In this document: positions 17,453-27,580 of the stretch, piece by piece | Layout of the letters: each line of letters begins with the position of its first letter | How positions within the stretch are numbered: position 1 is the stretch's first letter | Position numbers and translations under genes: made by a program | The notes under the pieces: model-generated | Database searches by the model: none | What the model saw: the letters and a program-made list of their open reading frames with translations, nothing else | Told to the model about the DNA's origin: nothing | From: Acidimicrobiaceae bacterium | Lineage (GTDB): Bacteria; Actinomycetota; Acidimicrobiia; Acidimicrobiales; Poriferisodalaceae | Assembly: GCA_002708935.1 (NCBI GenBank) | Contig: PAPO01000024.1 | Coordinates: 50,826-114,825 of the forward strand | DNA: 64,000 bases | Reading direction: 5' to 3'

Positions 17453-20308
17453 TTAGCTAGGTAGTTCTTCGAAGGAACGCGGGCTTGGACAGTTACAGAC
17501 GAGATTCCTGTCACCGTGAGCGCCATCAATTCTGCTTACAGGTGGCCAGTATTTGTCCGCAGAGCTTGAAGGGAGCGGGAAGGCGGCTTCTTGTCGCGTG
17601 TACGGATGACGCCAATCGTCTTTTAGTAGGTCTTCGGCTGGGTGTGGAGCATTTACGAGAGGATTGTCTTCGGCGGGCCATTCACCTGATTCGATTCGTG
17701 CAATTTCTCTTCTGATTTCGATCATGGCATCGCAAAAGCGGTCGATCTCTTGCTTTGACTCACTTTCGGTTGGTTCAACCATCAATGTGCCCGGCACTGG
17801 GAAGGACATCGTTGGGGCATGAAAACCGTAGTCAATCAGTCTCTTTGCTATGTCTTCAACGGTTACGACCTCTGATAGCTGTCTCAGGTCCAAGATGCAT
17901 TCATGGGCGACCAATCCGTTTTGTCCGCGATATAAAACTGGATAGCTGTCGTCTAGCCGCAGTGCGATGTAGTTGGCATTTAAAATCGCGACTGCCGTGG
18001 CGCGCTGCAGCCCTTCGGCTCCCATCATCGCTATATACATCCATGGAATAGGGAGGATTCCTGCAGACCCCCATGGAGCTGCTGCTATGGCTCCACTTCC
18101 GGTTACTGGTCCAGCCTCGGGGACCAGCGGGTGATTGGGCAAGAAAGGAGCTAAATGTTCTCTTACCGCGACCGGGCCTATTCCCGGCCCCCCTCCTCCG
18201 TGAGGGATGCAGAAGGTTTTGTGGAGGTTGAGGTGGCTTACATCTGCTCCGAACTGTCCTGGTGCGGCAAGTCCGACCAGGGCATTTAAGTTTGCTCCAT
18301 CAACGTAGACCTGGCCGCCGGCTTCGTGGATTGTTCGACAGATCTGGACGATCCCTTCCTCAAATACCCCATGTGTCGACGGGTATGTGACCATTATCCC
18401 GGCAAGAACATCTTCATACTCAGCAACTTTGACTTGTAGGTCGTTGAGATCGATATCGCCATCATGATCGCATTCGACAACGACGACTTTGAGTCCTGCC
18501 ATAACCGCTGAAGCAGCGTTAGTCCCATGCGCTGAGGAAGGAATAAGGCAGACATCTCGTTGATCTTCGCCTCGGGACTCGTGATAACGCTTAATGGCTA
18601 GAAGGCCAGCGAACTCTCCTTGCGAGCCAGCATTAGGTTGTAGCGAAATTTCGTCATATCCAGTGCACGCGAGCAGCCAGTTGCTTAGCTCTTCAATTAG
18701 TTCCATGTAACCCCTTGCTTGGTCTAGAGGTGCGAAGGGATGGATGTCCGCGAACTCTGGCCAAGTAATCGGTGTCATTTCACTCGCGGCATTGAGTTTC
18801 ATTGTGCAACTACCGAGAGCAATCATGCTTCGGTCCAAAGCTATGTCCTTGTCAGACAGTCGGCGGATGTATCGGAGCATTTCGGTCTCTGAGCGGTAGG
18901 TATTAAAAACTGGATGATCCAGGTAGCTGGAAGAACGTTTTAGACGTTGAGGTATTCCTTTTTGGGCGTCAAAGGTTTGTGGGCTTTCGCTGTCGTTTAA
19001 GAATGCCTGAACTAAGTGATCAAGGGTCTCCGCATCGCAGGTTTCGTCGAAGGTCACAGCAACGCTGTCTGAGTCAACGAACCGAATATTTATTCCCTCT
19101 CCGAGAGCGCGTTGCACAACTTCTGCTGCCTCATCTGGAACCTGAATGGTAAGAGTGTCGAAAAATGCCTGATTAGAAATAGTGAACCCAGCAGATTCAA
19201 GTTTTGCGGCGAGGGCGGCAGTAAGGCTGTGGACCCGTTGAGCGATCTTCTTCAGACCATCGGGGCCATGGTAAACGGCGTACATAGATGCAATGACTGC
19301 AAGTAAAACCTGAGCTGTGCATATATTGCTCGTGGCCTTTTCGCGACGGATATGTTGCTCACGAGTTTGCAGTGCCAATCGTGTTGCTGGGCGACCTCCA
19401 CTGTCGACTGAGACACCAACTAACCGACCTGGGAGAGCTCGTTTGTGTTCTTCTCGTGCCGCAAGGTAGCCGGCGTGGGGACCCCCAAAGCCGAGTGGAA
19501 CCCCGAAACGTTGTGAAGTTCCTACGACTAAATCAGCCCCCAATTCTCCGGGAGGGGTCAGAAGGCAGAGGGCCAAAAGATCCGAAGCGACGCAAAGAAT
19601 TCCGTCATTTCCGTGGACTGCTTCCGCGATGTGGCTGATATCGCGAATGTCACCTGAAGAGCCCGGGTATTGGACTAAAACTCCGTAGCAATCGGCGGGA
19701 TCGAGATCTTGCCAGGCGTTACCAACTTGTATGTCGATGTCCAACGCTTCGGCACGAGTTCGGACCACATCGATGGTTTGCGGGTAACAGTCCGAATCGA
19801 CGAAGAATTTTTGTCCACTAGCTTTTGTTAGCCGCCTCGCCATGGTCATTGCCTCAGCTGCAGCAGTGCTTTCATCCAGCAACGAACTGTTAGATATCTC
19901 CATCCCGGTAAGGTCACAAACCAGTGTTTGGTAGTTGAGAAGAGCTTCCAGCCTGCCTTGGCTTATTTCTGGTTGGTAGGGCGTGTAAGCGGTGTACCAA
20001 CCAGGGTTCTCGAGGACTCGACGGACCACCACGGCGGGTGTCACTGTGTTGTGATAGCCGAGCCCTATCAATGATTTCATTGGCTTGTTCAAACTTGCTA
20101 TTCGTTGAATTTGGGCAATGGCATCAACTTCAGTTAGAGGATTCGGAAGATTAAGTGGTTCGTGTGTGCGGATTGCAGCGGGGACAACGGCAGTGCACAG
20201 CTCCTCGAGGCTGAGATAACCGGTAGCTGAGAGCATCAAAGCTATTTCGTCGTCGCTTGGGCCAAGGTGCCGGACGAGAAAGTCGGGTTGAGGGTTAAGT
20301 TCTTGCAT
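17453..20308 (-). CDS. gcvP: Glycine dehydrogenase (decarboxylating), glycine cleavage system P protein, single-chain form
   Basis: 951 aa with [14 protein letters not shown] and the PLP-lysine motif [18 protein letters not shown]. Confidence 0.95.
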   Translation of the reverse strand: MQELNPQPDFLVRHLGPSDDEIALMLSATGYLSLEELCTAVVPAAIRTHEPLNLPNPLTEVDAIAQIQRIASLNKPMKSLIGLGYHNTVTPAVVVRRVLENPGWYTAYTPYQPEISQGRLEALLNYQTLVCDLTGMEISNSSLLDESTAAAEAMTMARRLTKASGQKFFVDSDCYPQTIDVVRTRAEALDIDIQVGNAWQDLDPADCYGVLVQYPGSSGDIRDISHIAEAVHGNDGILCVASDLLALCLLTPPGELGADLVVGTSQRFGVPLGFGGPHAGYLAAREEHKRALPGRLVGVSVDSGGRPATRLALQTREQHIRREKATSNICTAQVLLAVIASMYAVYHGPDGLKKIAQRVHSLTAALAAKLESAGFTISNQAFFDTLTIQVPDEAAEVVQRALGEGINIRFVDSDSVAVTFDETCDAETLDHLVQAFLNDSESPQTFDAQKGIPQRLKRSSSYLDHPVFNTYRSETEMLRYIRRLSDKDIALDRSMIALGSCTMKLNAASEMTPITWPEFADIHPFAPLDQARGYMELIEELSNWLLACTGYDEISLQPNAGSQGEFAGLLAIKRYHESRGEDQRDVCLIPSSAHGTNAASAVMAGLKVVVVECDHDGDIDLNDLQVKVAEYEDVLAGIMVTYPSTHGVFEEGIVQICRTIHEAGGQVYVDGANLNALVGLAAPGQFGADVSHLNLHKTFCIPHGGGGPGIGPVAVREHLAPFLPNHPLVPEAGPVTGSGAIAAAPWGSAGILPIPWMYIAMMGAEGLQRATAVAILNANYIALRLDDSYPVLYRGQNGLVAHECILDLRQLSEVVTVEDIAKRLIDYGFHAPTMSFPVPGTLMVEPTESESKQEIDRFCDAMIEIRREIARIESGEWPAEDNPLVNAPHPAEDLLKDDWRHPYTRQEAAFPLPSSSADKYWPPVSRIDGAHGDRNLVCNCPSPRSFEELPS

Positions 20309-20317
20309 GTGTAAGTC

Positions 20318-21451
20318 TCAATTTCGGCTGTAGTTGTGGGGAACGAATGGCAGAGCGCTGATTTGGCAAGGGACCTCTTTGCCCCGTACTTCAGCAACCA
20401 AAGTGCTTTCAGAGTGCGAAATGATTGGGTCGACATAGCCCATGGCAACTGGTCGATCACAGGTGGGTCCGAAGCCTCCGCTGGTGACAATTCCGACTTC
20501 CAGGCCTTCGTCAGTTCGTAGTTTTGCCCCGTCTCGGATCGGCCGCTTAGTTAGAGAGGAAATTCCTACTCGAGTTCTGTCAGTGCCACCTGAGAATTGA
20601 GCAAGTATGACCTCGGCGCCAGCAAAAGTAGGCTCGTCGCGTCGGCGGCGGGGGATTGTCCATCCGAGACGAGCCTCCACTGGAGTAATGGTTTCGTCGA
20701 GTTCATGGCCGTAAAGACATAGTCCGGCTTCAAGCCGCAGACTGTCCCTGGCCCCTAGACCACAAGAGCTGACGGTCTCGTCATGAAGGAGCATTTCTGC
20801 GAGTTTCACAGCATCGTCAGCCGGAACGATTAGCTCGAAGCCGTCTTCTCCGGTGTAACCGCTACGGCTGATAGCACATTCGATTCCGTCAATTGAGAAC
20901 TGGCCCGAAGCCATGAAGGTCAGATCTGCGATTGTTGAGTCGAAGCCTGACAGAACTGTCACCGCTTTTGGCCCCTGGAGTGCCACTTGAGCGAGGTCCT
21001 CTCGGATATGGATTTCCGTGTAATCGCCAAGAGCTGTTTCGATGCAGTGAAGATCACTCTCCACTCGTGAGGCGTTTAAAACCAATCGAAGTTGGGTGTT
21101 GCCTCTCGAGATGATGAGGTCATCGATGACACCTCCTTGGTCATTAGTTAAGAGCGCGTACCTCAGACGACCCACTTCGAGGTCTTGGATGGAAGCGGGT
21201 GAGACAAGTTCCAGCGAATCGATGACTTCAGGCAGTGAGGTCCCTGGTTTGGGAACGAGATCAACGATCCCCATATGGCTGACATCAAAGAGCCCTGCGG
21301 AGGAACGCGTAGCTAGATGCTCGTCGAGGATGCCGCCGAAACTGAGAGGCAATTCAAAACCAGCGAACGGCGCAAATTTCGCTCCTCGGTCGCGATGCAG
21401 CGAATGCAGGGGCGACTGTTTGGATATTCGAGTTTCGGAAGGTTCGCTCAT
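20318..21451 (-). CDS. gcvT: Aminomethyltransferase, glycine cleavage system T protein
   Basis: 377 aa with GLFDVSHMG and RSGYTGEDGFEL motifs. Lies 9 nt upstream of gcvP and directly downstream of the glycine riboswitch. Confidence 0.95.
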   Translation of the reverse strand: MSEPSETRISKQSPLHSLHRDRGAKFAPFAGFELPLSFGGILDEHLATRSSAGLFDVSHMGIVDLVPKPGTSLPEVIDSLELVSPASIQDLEVGRLRYALLTNDQGGVIDDLIISRGNTQLRLVLNASRVESDLHCIETALGDYTEIHIREDLAQVALQGPKAVTVLSGFDSTIADLTFMASGQFSIDGIECAISRSGYTGEDGFELIVPADDAVKLAEMLLHDETVSSCGLGARDSLRLEAGLCLYGHELDETITPVEARLGWTIPRRRRDEPTFAGAEVILAQFSGGTDRTRVGISSLTKRPIRDGAKLRTDEGLEVGIVTSGGFGPTCDRPVAMGYVDPIISHSESTLVAEVRGKEVPCQISALPFVPHNYSRN

Positions 21452-21477
21452 AGCTCACTAGCCCGCGTCGAGTTTCA

Positions 21478-21670
21478 TGCCCCGCGCTGTCCCGGAACCT
21501 GAGAGATTGGCCGCTTAGCGCAGTTTTCCCCTTCGGTGGAGCCAGCCGAAGCCGGCTCTCTTTCCAGCGTTGCTTCTTCCCTGCGGTCCGGAGGCCTGAG
21601 AGTTTCCCGGGGCGGTTGCTCCTTCGGCGCCGGTCAACCGCAATAGCGGTTAACCAGACTCTCCCACTGG
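21478..21670 (-). promoter_or_regulatory. Tandem glycine riboswitch (two aptamers) in the gcvT leader
   Basis: Minus-strand aptamer 1 reads GGGAGAGUCUGG...GCGCCGAAGGAGCAACC...CUCUCAGGCCUCCGGAC. Aptamer 2 reads GGAAAGAGAGCCGG...CUCCACCGAAGGGGAAAAC...CUCUCAGGUUCCGGGACAG. Both carry the conserved GGAGAG / ACCGAAGGRGCAA / CUCUCAGG..GGAC cores. Confidence 0.85.
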
Positions 21671-21753
21671 GCGTTGGCAGCAAACGTCATCTTAATCGTG
21701 GCGCACTCGCAAGGGTGTGATCAGTTGTGAGTGCGGTACTACGTTGAGAGCAA

Positions 21754-22110
21754 CTACTTGAGAAAATCCGCTATGCGGTCCTTTGGGCGGCCAATTATCG
21801 CATTGTCGGACCTAACGAGAACCGGGCGCTGCATCAAAGCTTTGCGTTCAAGTAGGAGTTCCACGACGGCTTCGGGGTTATCCACATAGTCATCGGGGTC
21901 TAGCCCCAATTCTTTGAATTTCGAGTCCTTGCGCACTAGGTCCTCTACTGGGTCTTCTAGGACAGAGGCAATGTGTTCTAAAGTCTCGCGATCTGGCGGT
22001 GACTTCATATAGAGGACGACATTTGCATCAACGTTTTCCTCCTCAGCGACCGCTAAGGCGTTTTTGGACGAACCTCAATGGGGGTTGTGGTAGATCGTGA
22101 CTTTAGGCAT
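21754..22110 (-). CDS. arsC: Glutaredoxin-type arsenate reductase ArsC homolog, selenocysteine-containing (in-frame TGA at 22075-22077)
   Basis: The track ORF 21754..22008 (84 aa) is only the C-terminal two thirds. In-frame extension gives ATG 22110-22108, preceded by GAGGAG with a 5 nt spacer, then MPKVTIYHNPH-TGA-GSSKNALAVAEEENVDANVVLYMKSPP.... R773/E. coli ArsC reads ITIYHNPACGTSRN...ILYLENPP, so the TGA sits on catalytic Cys12. The three ArsC arginines appear conserved (LVRK, MQRPVL, IGRPKD). Confidence 0.8.
22041..22058 (-). promoter_or_regulatory. SECIS-like hairpin downstream of the arsC UGA
   Basis: Minus-strand CCUUAGC-GGUC-GCUGAGG forms a 7 bp stem (one G-U pair) with a 4 nt GGUC loop. 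It starts 17 nt after the UGA, so spacing and the G/U-containing apical loop resemble bacterial SECIS elements. Confidence 0.55.
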
Positions 22111-22142
22111 TGGCGCTCCTCGACATTTCAGATAGGACCGTA

Positions 22143-22913
22143 TCAGCGTTTGAAGCCTTCTTGGATCCGCTCGATCATGTCAGGGGCGACGCCAGGTCCT
22201 TTTTCTCTCGCCCATTTGAGGCCATCTTCTCGGGTCATCTCAGCAAGTAACCGCATCTGCTTTTTTTCCTCTCGCAATGTGTGCCATGAATTCGTTGCGA
22301 CAGTTTCGGCCCAGTCGTTAGTGGTCGCTTCAAGTTCGGCTTCAGGTACACACCGGTTAGCGAGACCAATTTGGATTGCCTCGACTCCTTCGACGACTCG
22401 TCCGCTGTACATGATGTCGCGAGCAACCAAGGGGCCAACTCGCTCCGGCAAGCGATTAGTCATTCCCCACGTGGGAACCATGCCCCATTTCCCATGTGTG
22501 TCGCAGAAACGCGCGTCATCAGCACAAATGAGCAAATCGCATGCTAAGGCCAGCTCCAATGCACCTGTATAGCAATGACCGCGTACCGAAGCTATTACCG
22601 GTTGAGGCATGCGTTCGATTAAGTCAAGTGTCTCCGCCTGCTGGTATGGGTTGACCAACTTGTCACCCTTTTCGATCGCCTTTAGATCGTTTCCGGCAGA
22701 GAACGACCGGCCGGCTCCGGTAAGGATCACTACTCCGATTTCATCTGGTGAATCAGCAATGTCGGATAGGAGCGATCTGAGCTGTTCAAATAGCAAAGGA
22801 CTCAAAGCATTGAGCGCTTCGGGTCGATTCAGAGTGAGAGTGGACACTCCATCATGATCGGTTCGTACTACTAATGAACTGTTGGTGTCATTCATGCTTG
22901 CAGTGTCCCACAC
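22143..22913 (-). CDS. Enoyl-CoA hydratase/isomerase family protein
   Basis: 256 aa with LTGAGRSFSAGNDLK and ASVRGHCYTGALELALACDLLICA crotonase motifs. Confidence 0.8.
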   Translation of the reverse strand: MWDTASMNDTNSSLVVRTDHDGVSTLTLNRPEALNALSPLLFEQLRSLLSDIADSPDEIGVVILTGAGRSFSAGNDLKAIEKGDKLVNPYQQAETLDLIERMPQPVIASVRGHCYTGALELALACDLLICADDARFCDTHGKWGMVPTWGMTNRLPERVGPLVARDIMYSGRVVEGVEAIQIGLANRCVPEAELEATTNDWAETVATNSWHTLREEKKQMRLLAEMTREDGLKWAREKGPGVAPDMIERIQEGFKR

Positions 22914-22927
22914 AGCGGAACCGCTAG

Positions 22928-24127
22928 CTACGCGATACGACGTTGGGCTTCCAGATCAGATGCATCTGCGGCCTCGACTTCTTCTCGACTCACACCGAGC
23001 ATGAAAAGAATTGCATCTAGGTACGGAACATTAAGAGAAGTGTCGGCCGCCCCTGCCAATACAGGTTTAGCGTTGAACGCGATTCCCAGCCCTGCTTTTT
23101 GCAACATCGGTAGGTCATTAGCTCCATCGCCAATAGCGACAGTTTGTTCCAAAGAGATGCCCTCGTTGAGTGCGATATTTTCGAGGAGGGTTGCCTTGGC
23201 TTCGGGATCAATAATGTCGCCTTCAATCCGCCCGGTTAGGACACCATCGACAACCTCGAGTTTGTTGGCGTACGAGTGATCGATGCCCAGTTCTTTGGCT
23301 AACTCGTCTGTGAAGTGAGTGAAGCCTCCGCTGATTATCGCCACCCGGTATCCGAGGCGTTTCAACGTTCGAATGAAAGTCCTGGCACCTGCGGTAAGTA
23401 CCATTCGTGATTTAGAGCGATTGATTATTTCGACCCCTGCGCCGGCTAACAATTGGACCCTCTGTTTCAGTGCCTCGGAGTAATCAATTTCACCCCGCAT
23501 GGCCTGCTCGGTTAGGCGACTTATTTCCTCGCCATGACCTGCCTCATCGGCCAATAAATCGATCACCTCATTGCGAATGAGGGTCGAATCGACATCAAGA
23601 ACTACTAGACGGCTAGAGCGTCGAGACAAGCCATGAGGCTGAACTGCAATATCGATACCTTCTTGTGCCGCTACGTCCATGAGCGATGCTCTTAATTTTT
23701 CTGGGTCTGCACCTTCAACTAGAAATTCGTAACTCCAGACCGGAAATCGCGAGAGGCGATGAATTCGATCGATGTTGGCACCGCTCGACGTAATCGCACC
23801 ACTGGTTCGCGCTAGAGAACTCGGGGAAAGCTCAGAGGCCAATGCCGTAACGACGTGCCGCTTAACGTGCTGAGTTGGGGTGGAATCGATGACCTCAAAA
23901 TCAATATCTAAATCTCGTTCCCAACCGAACAAGAGAACTTCCTTAGCCAAATCCTTTCCCGTTGGGACAGAGACGGCTAAACCCAGAGTGAGTTGACGCC
24001 TGACTACGACTTGCTCGATGTCTTGCAACTCAGCGTCAAGGGAAGACAGAAGAGTCAAGAGTTCAGTAGTTATGCCCGGCCGGTCTTGGCCAGTCACTCT
24101 GATCAATATGGTCTGGGGGAGGGCCAC
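22928..24127 (-). CDS. serB: Phosphoserine phosphatase SerB with N-terminal ACT domains (actinobacterial SerB2-like architecture)
   Basis: 399 aa with HAD motifs VLDVDSTLI and GDGANDLPML. The N-terminal ~180 aa is ACT-like (ITVTGQDRPGITTELL). Confidence 0.85.
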   Translation of the reverse strand: MALPQTILIRVTGQDRPGITTELLTLLSSLDAELQDIEQVVVRRQLTLGLAVSVPTGKDLAKEVLLFGWERDLDIDFEVIDSTPTQHVKRHVVTALASELSPSSLARTSGAITSSGANIDRIHRLSRFPVWSYEFLVEGADPEKLRASLMDVAAQEGIDIAVQPHGLSRRSSRLVVLDVDSTLIRNEVIDLLADEAGHGEEISRLTEQAMRGEIDYSEALKQRVQLLAGAGVEIINRSKSRMVLTAGARTFIRTLKRLGYRVAIISGGFTHFTDELAKELGIDHSYANKLEVVDGVLTGRIEGDIIDPEAKATLLENIALNEGISLEQTVAIGDGANDLPMLQKAGLGIAFNAKPVLAGAADTSLNVPYLDAILFMLGVSREEVEAADASDLEAQRRIA

Positions 24128-24303
24128 TTCTTTGACCGTACAGCGCTGAGTCGAACTGTTCTAGAACCCTGACGAACATATTTCACTTCGGGCTTTTGTG
24201 ATACTGAACAATCATGACCGGCATTAAAAATCGGGAAGCTGTCCCAGAAAGATCCGCCAGGTTTTGATAGGAAGGGCCTGTCGTTCCGAATTGCGGAAAT
24301 TGT

Positions 24304-25317
24304 ATGAACTCTCTGATTCAGGTACTCCGTAGCTTTCCCAAGTGGCTTCAACAGAGTGCTCCGGGCCTCACGCTAGTTGCCGGCGCCACCACAGCGGCTT
24401 TATGGATTAACGCTGTCACTAATTTGTCAGCTGGAGCCATTGCATTGGGTTTCGGACTTTGGTTCGGAAACATTTCTCTCGGTTCAGGGCGCGCGCAGGT
24501 TGGCTTGACGTTTTCCTCACGACGCCTGTTGAGAGTGGGCGTGGTCTTGTTGGGGTTTCGGTTAAGTATTTCCGAGCTTCGTCAGAGCATGAACTGGTTG
24601 GACGCGCTCATGGTGGTCACCCTGGTTTCGCTGACTCTGTGGGGAGTTGGCCGCGTGTGTAAAGCATTCGGTTTATCGCCAGACTTCGGACGACTTCTTG
24701 GAGTCGGATACGCAGTTTGTGGTGTTTCAGCGATAGCGGCTGTAAAGCCGTTAACGAAGGCAGAGGAAGAAGAAGTGGCCTACGCAGTCGGAGTAGTCAC
24801 ACTTTTTGGAACCCTGTCGATGGCGTGCTACCCAGTTATCGGAGCGATTGCCAACCTCGCGCCCGAAACATTTGGTTGGTGGGCAGGCTCAGCGATTCAC
24901 GATGTTGCTCAAGTGGTTGCGACGGCAACGATGCGAGGAGATGAAGCTCTGGAAACAGCGGTTGTTATCAAACTTGGACGCGTCGCGCTCCTGGGACCGA
25001 TCCTTGTATTTGTGAGTATGAAAACTCGAGGTCGAGCCAACTCCGAGAGGTCGGCCGCCGTAAAAGCTATCCCCCTGTTCGTAGTTGGCTTCATACTCGC
25101 CGTAGTGGCCCGGTCGATTGAGATTTTGCCGATCGGCACCCTCGAACTACTAGATGACATGAGGAAGATCTTTCTCACGGCGGCGATGGTTGGAGTAGGA
25201 GCCCTAGTGAAGTTGAGAAGTCTGGTGTCGATGGGTCGTGGACCGCTTAACGCTGGGTTTATTTCTTGGCTCCTACTCGCGGGTATAGCGTTCGTCGTAA
25301 GCGGACTCATGACCTAA
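24304..25317 (+). CDS. YeiH/UPF0324-family integral membrane protein (putative sulfate exporter family)
   Basis: 337 aa and multi-pass hydrophobic, with a GVGYAVCGVSAIAA motif resembling the conserved xCGxSAI of the YeiH family. Confidence 0.65.
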   Translation: MNSLIQVLRSFPKWLQQSAPGLTLVAGATTAALWINAVTNLSAGAIALGFGLWFGNISLGSGRAQVGLTFSSRRLLRVGVVLLGFRLSISELRQSMNWLDALMVVTLVSLTLWGVGRVCKAFGLSPDFGRLLGVGYAVCGVSAIAAVKPLTKAEEEEVAYAVGVVTLFGTLSMACYPVIGAIANLAPETFGWWAGSAIHDVAQVVATATMRGDEALETAVVIKLGRVALLGPILVFVSMKTRGRANSERSAAVKAIPLFVVGFILAVVARSIEILPIGTLELLDDMRKIFLTAAMVGVGALVKLRSLVSMGRGPLNAGFISWLLLAGIAFVVSGLMT

Positions 25318-25387
25318 AAGAACATGAACGTCGTTAGGCACTGACAGTCTTGGTACCTAGGGGAGTACCTTTTGAAGTAGATGTCGG

Positions 25388-26548
25388 ATGTTTGGGAGCG
25401 TCGTGGTCGAGGTTAAGGGAAATTGTGAAGAAGACTTTCTGTTGGTTCAAGAGGCATTTGAGGCAAATTTCGACTCAGGTGAAGAACTCGGGGCTAGTGC
25501 TGCGGTAACGGTTGATGGTCAGCCTGTCGTCGATCTATGGGCGGGCAGCAAGAACCTTGCAGGAGAGCCTTGGCAAGAAAACACAATCGTTAATGTGTAC
25601 TCCACAACAAAAACGATGGCGTCTATCTGCATGCTTATGCTGGCGGATCGTAATTTGATCAAATTCTCTGATCCTGTAGCGAAGTATTGGCCTGAGTTTG
25701 CAGCAAACGGTAAAGACGAAGTGCTGGTGAGCCACGTCATGACTCACCAGACCGGATGTTCGGGGTTCCCAAGAGTCATTGCGGCTCGCGAGCTATACGA
25801 TCATGAGCTTTGTGCGTCTTTATTGGCGGAGATGGAACCATGGTGGAAGCCGGGCACGGCACCGGGATATCACGCGTTGACCCAGGGCACTCTTCAGGCC
25901 GAAATTCTGCGCCGGGTCGATGGACGGACGTTGGGAAGATTTTTCAAGGAAGAAGTCAGTGAACCTCTTGAAGCCGATTTTTACATTGGCTTACCTACTT
26001 CGGAAGGAAGTCGCGTAGCTGAGTTAGACCCCCCTGATCGGAGTATTGACGAACTGGTTGAGGTTGAACCGGATTCCGTCGCAGCAAAGACCTTTGGCAG
26101 CTGTGTTCTTGATGGCACAGAAACAGCTACCGATGAGTGGAGAGAGGCGGAGATACCTGCTGCGGGTGGTATTGGAAATGCTCGGTCTATTTCTCGCGTT
26201 CATTCTGCAATAGCGTGCGGCGGGACAGTCGATGGGGTCACGATAGTTAGTTACGAAACCATCGAGGCCGCGTTGGAGCGTCAGACCTTCGAACGTGACC
26301 TAGTGCTGGGACTAGGGGTTCCTTACGGTATGGGCTTCGGTATCAATCATGAGCGAGTCCCACTCACTCCGAGTCCGAGAACTCTTTATTGGTTCGGTTG
26401 GGGAGGTTCGATGGGGGTGATGGATCTAGATCAACGAGTAACCATTTCCTACTCAATGAACAGAATGGCCGCTGGTCTAGTTGGCGATTCGCGTGCATTT
26501 AATCTTATAGCGGCAACGTATGCAGCTCTGGAGAAAGCAAAAGGCTAG
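25388..26548 (+). CDS. Serine hydrolase, beta-lactamase-like family
   Basis: 386 aa with the SxxK motif (YSTTKTMASI). Overall similar in layout to the 9657..10889 protein. Confidence 0.75.
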   Translation: MFGSVVVEVKGNCEEDFLLVQEAFEANFDSGEELGASAAVTVDGQPVVDLWAGSKNLAGEPWQENTIVNVYSTTKTMASICMLMLADRNLIKFSDPVAKYWPEFAANGKDEVLVSHVMTHQTGCSGFPRVIAARELYDHELCASLLAEMEPWWKPGTAPGYHALTQGTLQAEILRRVDGRTLGRFFKEEVSEPLEADFYIGLPTSEGSRVAELDPPDRSIDELVEVEPDSVAAKTFGSCVLDGTETATDEWREAEIPAAGGIGNARSISRVHSAIACGGTVDGVTIVSYETIEAALERQTFERDLVLGLGVPYGMGFGINHERVPLTPSPRTLYWFGWGGSMGVMDLDQRVTISYSMNRMAAGLVGDSRAFNLIAATYAALEKAKG

Positions 26549-26561
26549 ATCCGTTTGAGAA

Positions 26562-27575
26562 CTAGATCGCTTGGATCTCTTGAATGACGTCCGGCGGCAG
26601 GTCCGCAGGAATTTCAGGTGATGCACTTGCGCCTATTGCATCGGTGAGACCGCCGAACCGCTCCGAGACAGCGGCAGCTATCTCATCGTGTCTTCCAACG
26701 GCTGCGAAGAGTCTGACAACGTCGTCGCTCACCAGAGCTGCCATTTTGGACCAGCCGTTGTTCTTGGATAGGTGATTGAGTTCTTGGCCTAGATCAAGGA
26801 GGTCATGTTGTTCAAAAACTGGCCAATATGCCTTGGTGCTCCCGTAAAAGCCGATTCGATATCTAACCCAGTCCATCATTTTCTCTACCGATTCATCGTC
26901 TGGTCCGGTACAAAGAAAACCTCCGCCGCTTATTTCAAAACGGTCACGAGTCAGCAAGTTCTCTTGGAGTCCCTTCTCTAATTGAGGCAGCACCTTCTCC
27001 TCGAGATATGGGCGCGTGCAGAAGGCGTGGAGCCTTACCCCATCACAGACGCGGCCCGCTGTTCGCAGCATCGCAGGTCCGACCGCAGCCATAGTGATCT
27101 TAGGCAATGGAACGGTCAAAGGTTCAGGCGTGAAATTGGGAGTCATGAGAGTGAAGTTGTAGAACTCGCCTTGGTAGTTCAAAGGTTCGCCGGTTAACCA
27201 CGTGTTCCAAATGGCTCTTATGGACTCAACGTATTCCCGCATTCGTGCAGCTGGAGCCGACCACTTAACGCTAAAGCGACGCTCATTGTGGCCACGGACC
27301 TGGCTTCCTAGGCCCAATTCGAAACGGCCAGAACTTGCTTGTTGTAGGTCCCATCCGATGTTGGCAGCGTTCATGGGACTTCTGGGGAAGGCGATAGCGA
27401 CCCCGGTTGCTAGTTCCAGCCTTTCCGAGTGGACTGCGGCCACTGCCAGAGGTAGGAAAGGATCGTGTCTGTTCTCAAGAGCGACAATTCCGTCGTAGCC
27501 GTCGGCCTCGATGCGCTGAATTGCTTCGGGAATATCGTTTAAGTCGGCTTGTGGGAGGGTGGCAAATACCTTCAT
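26562..27575 (-). CDS. LLM-class F420-dependent oxidoreductase
   Basis: 337 aa with luciferase-like patterns (LELATGVAIAFPRSPM, FELGLGSQVRGHNE). Confidence 0.8.
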   Translation of the reverse strand: MKVFATLPQADLNDIPEAIQRIEADGYDGIVALENRHDPFLPLAVAAVHSERLELATGVAIAFPRSPMNAANIGWDLQQASSGRFELGLGSQVRGHNERRFSVKWSAPAARMREYVESIRAIWNTWLTGEPLNYQGEFYNFTLMTPNFTPEPLTVPLPKITMAAVGPAMLRTAGRVCDGVRLHAFCTRPYLEEKVLPQLEKGLQENLLTRDRFEISGGGFLCTGPDDESVEKMMDWVRYRIGFYGSTKAYWPVFEQHDLLDLGQELNHLSKNNGWSKMAALVSDDVVRLFAAVGRHDEIAAAVSERFGGLTDAIGASASPEIPADLPPDVIQEIQAI

Positions 27576-27580
27576 CGTTG

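Noticed and set aside
21702-21735. An inverted repeat, CGCACTC-N20-GAGTGCG, lies between the arsC stop and the glycine riboswitch. I considered it as a terminator.
   Set aside because: The loop is long (20 nt) and no U-tract follows on the minus strand. It cannot be supported as an intrinsic terminator.
25352-25373. A GGTAC-N8-GTACC hairpin followed by TTTT lies after the YeiH-like gene. I considered it as a terminator.
   Set aside because: The stem is only 5 bp, and the loop contains the likely SD (AGGGGAG) of the next gene. The evidence is too weak to call.
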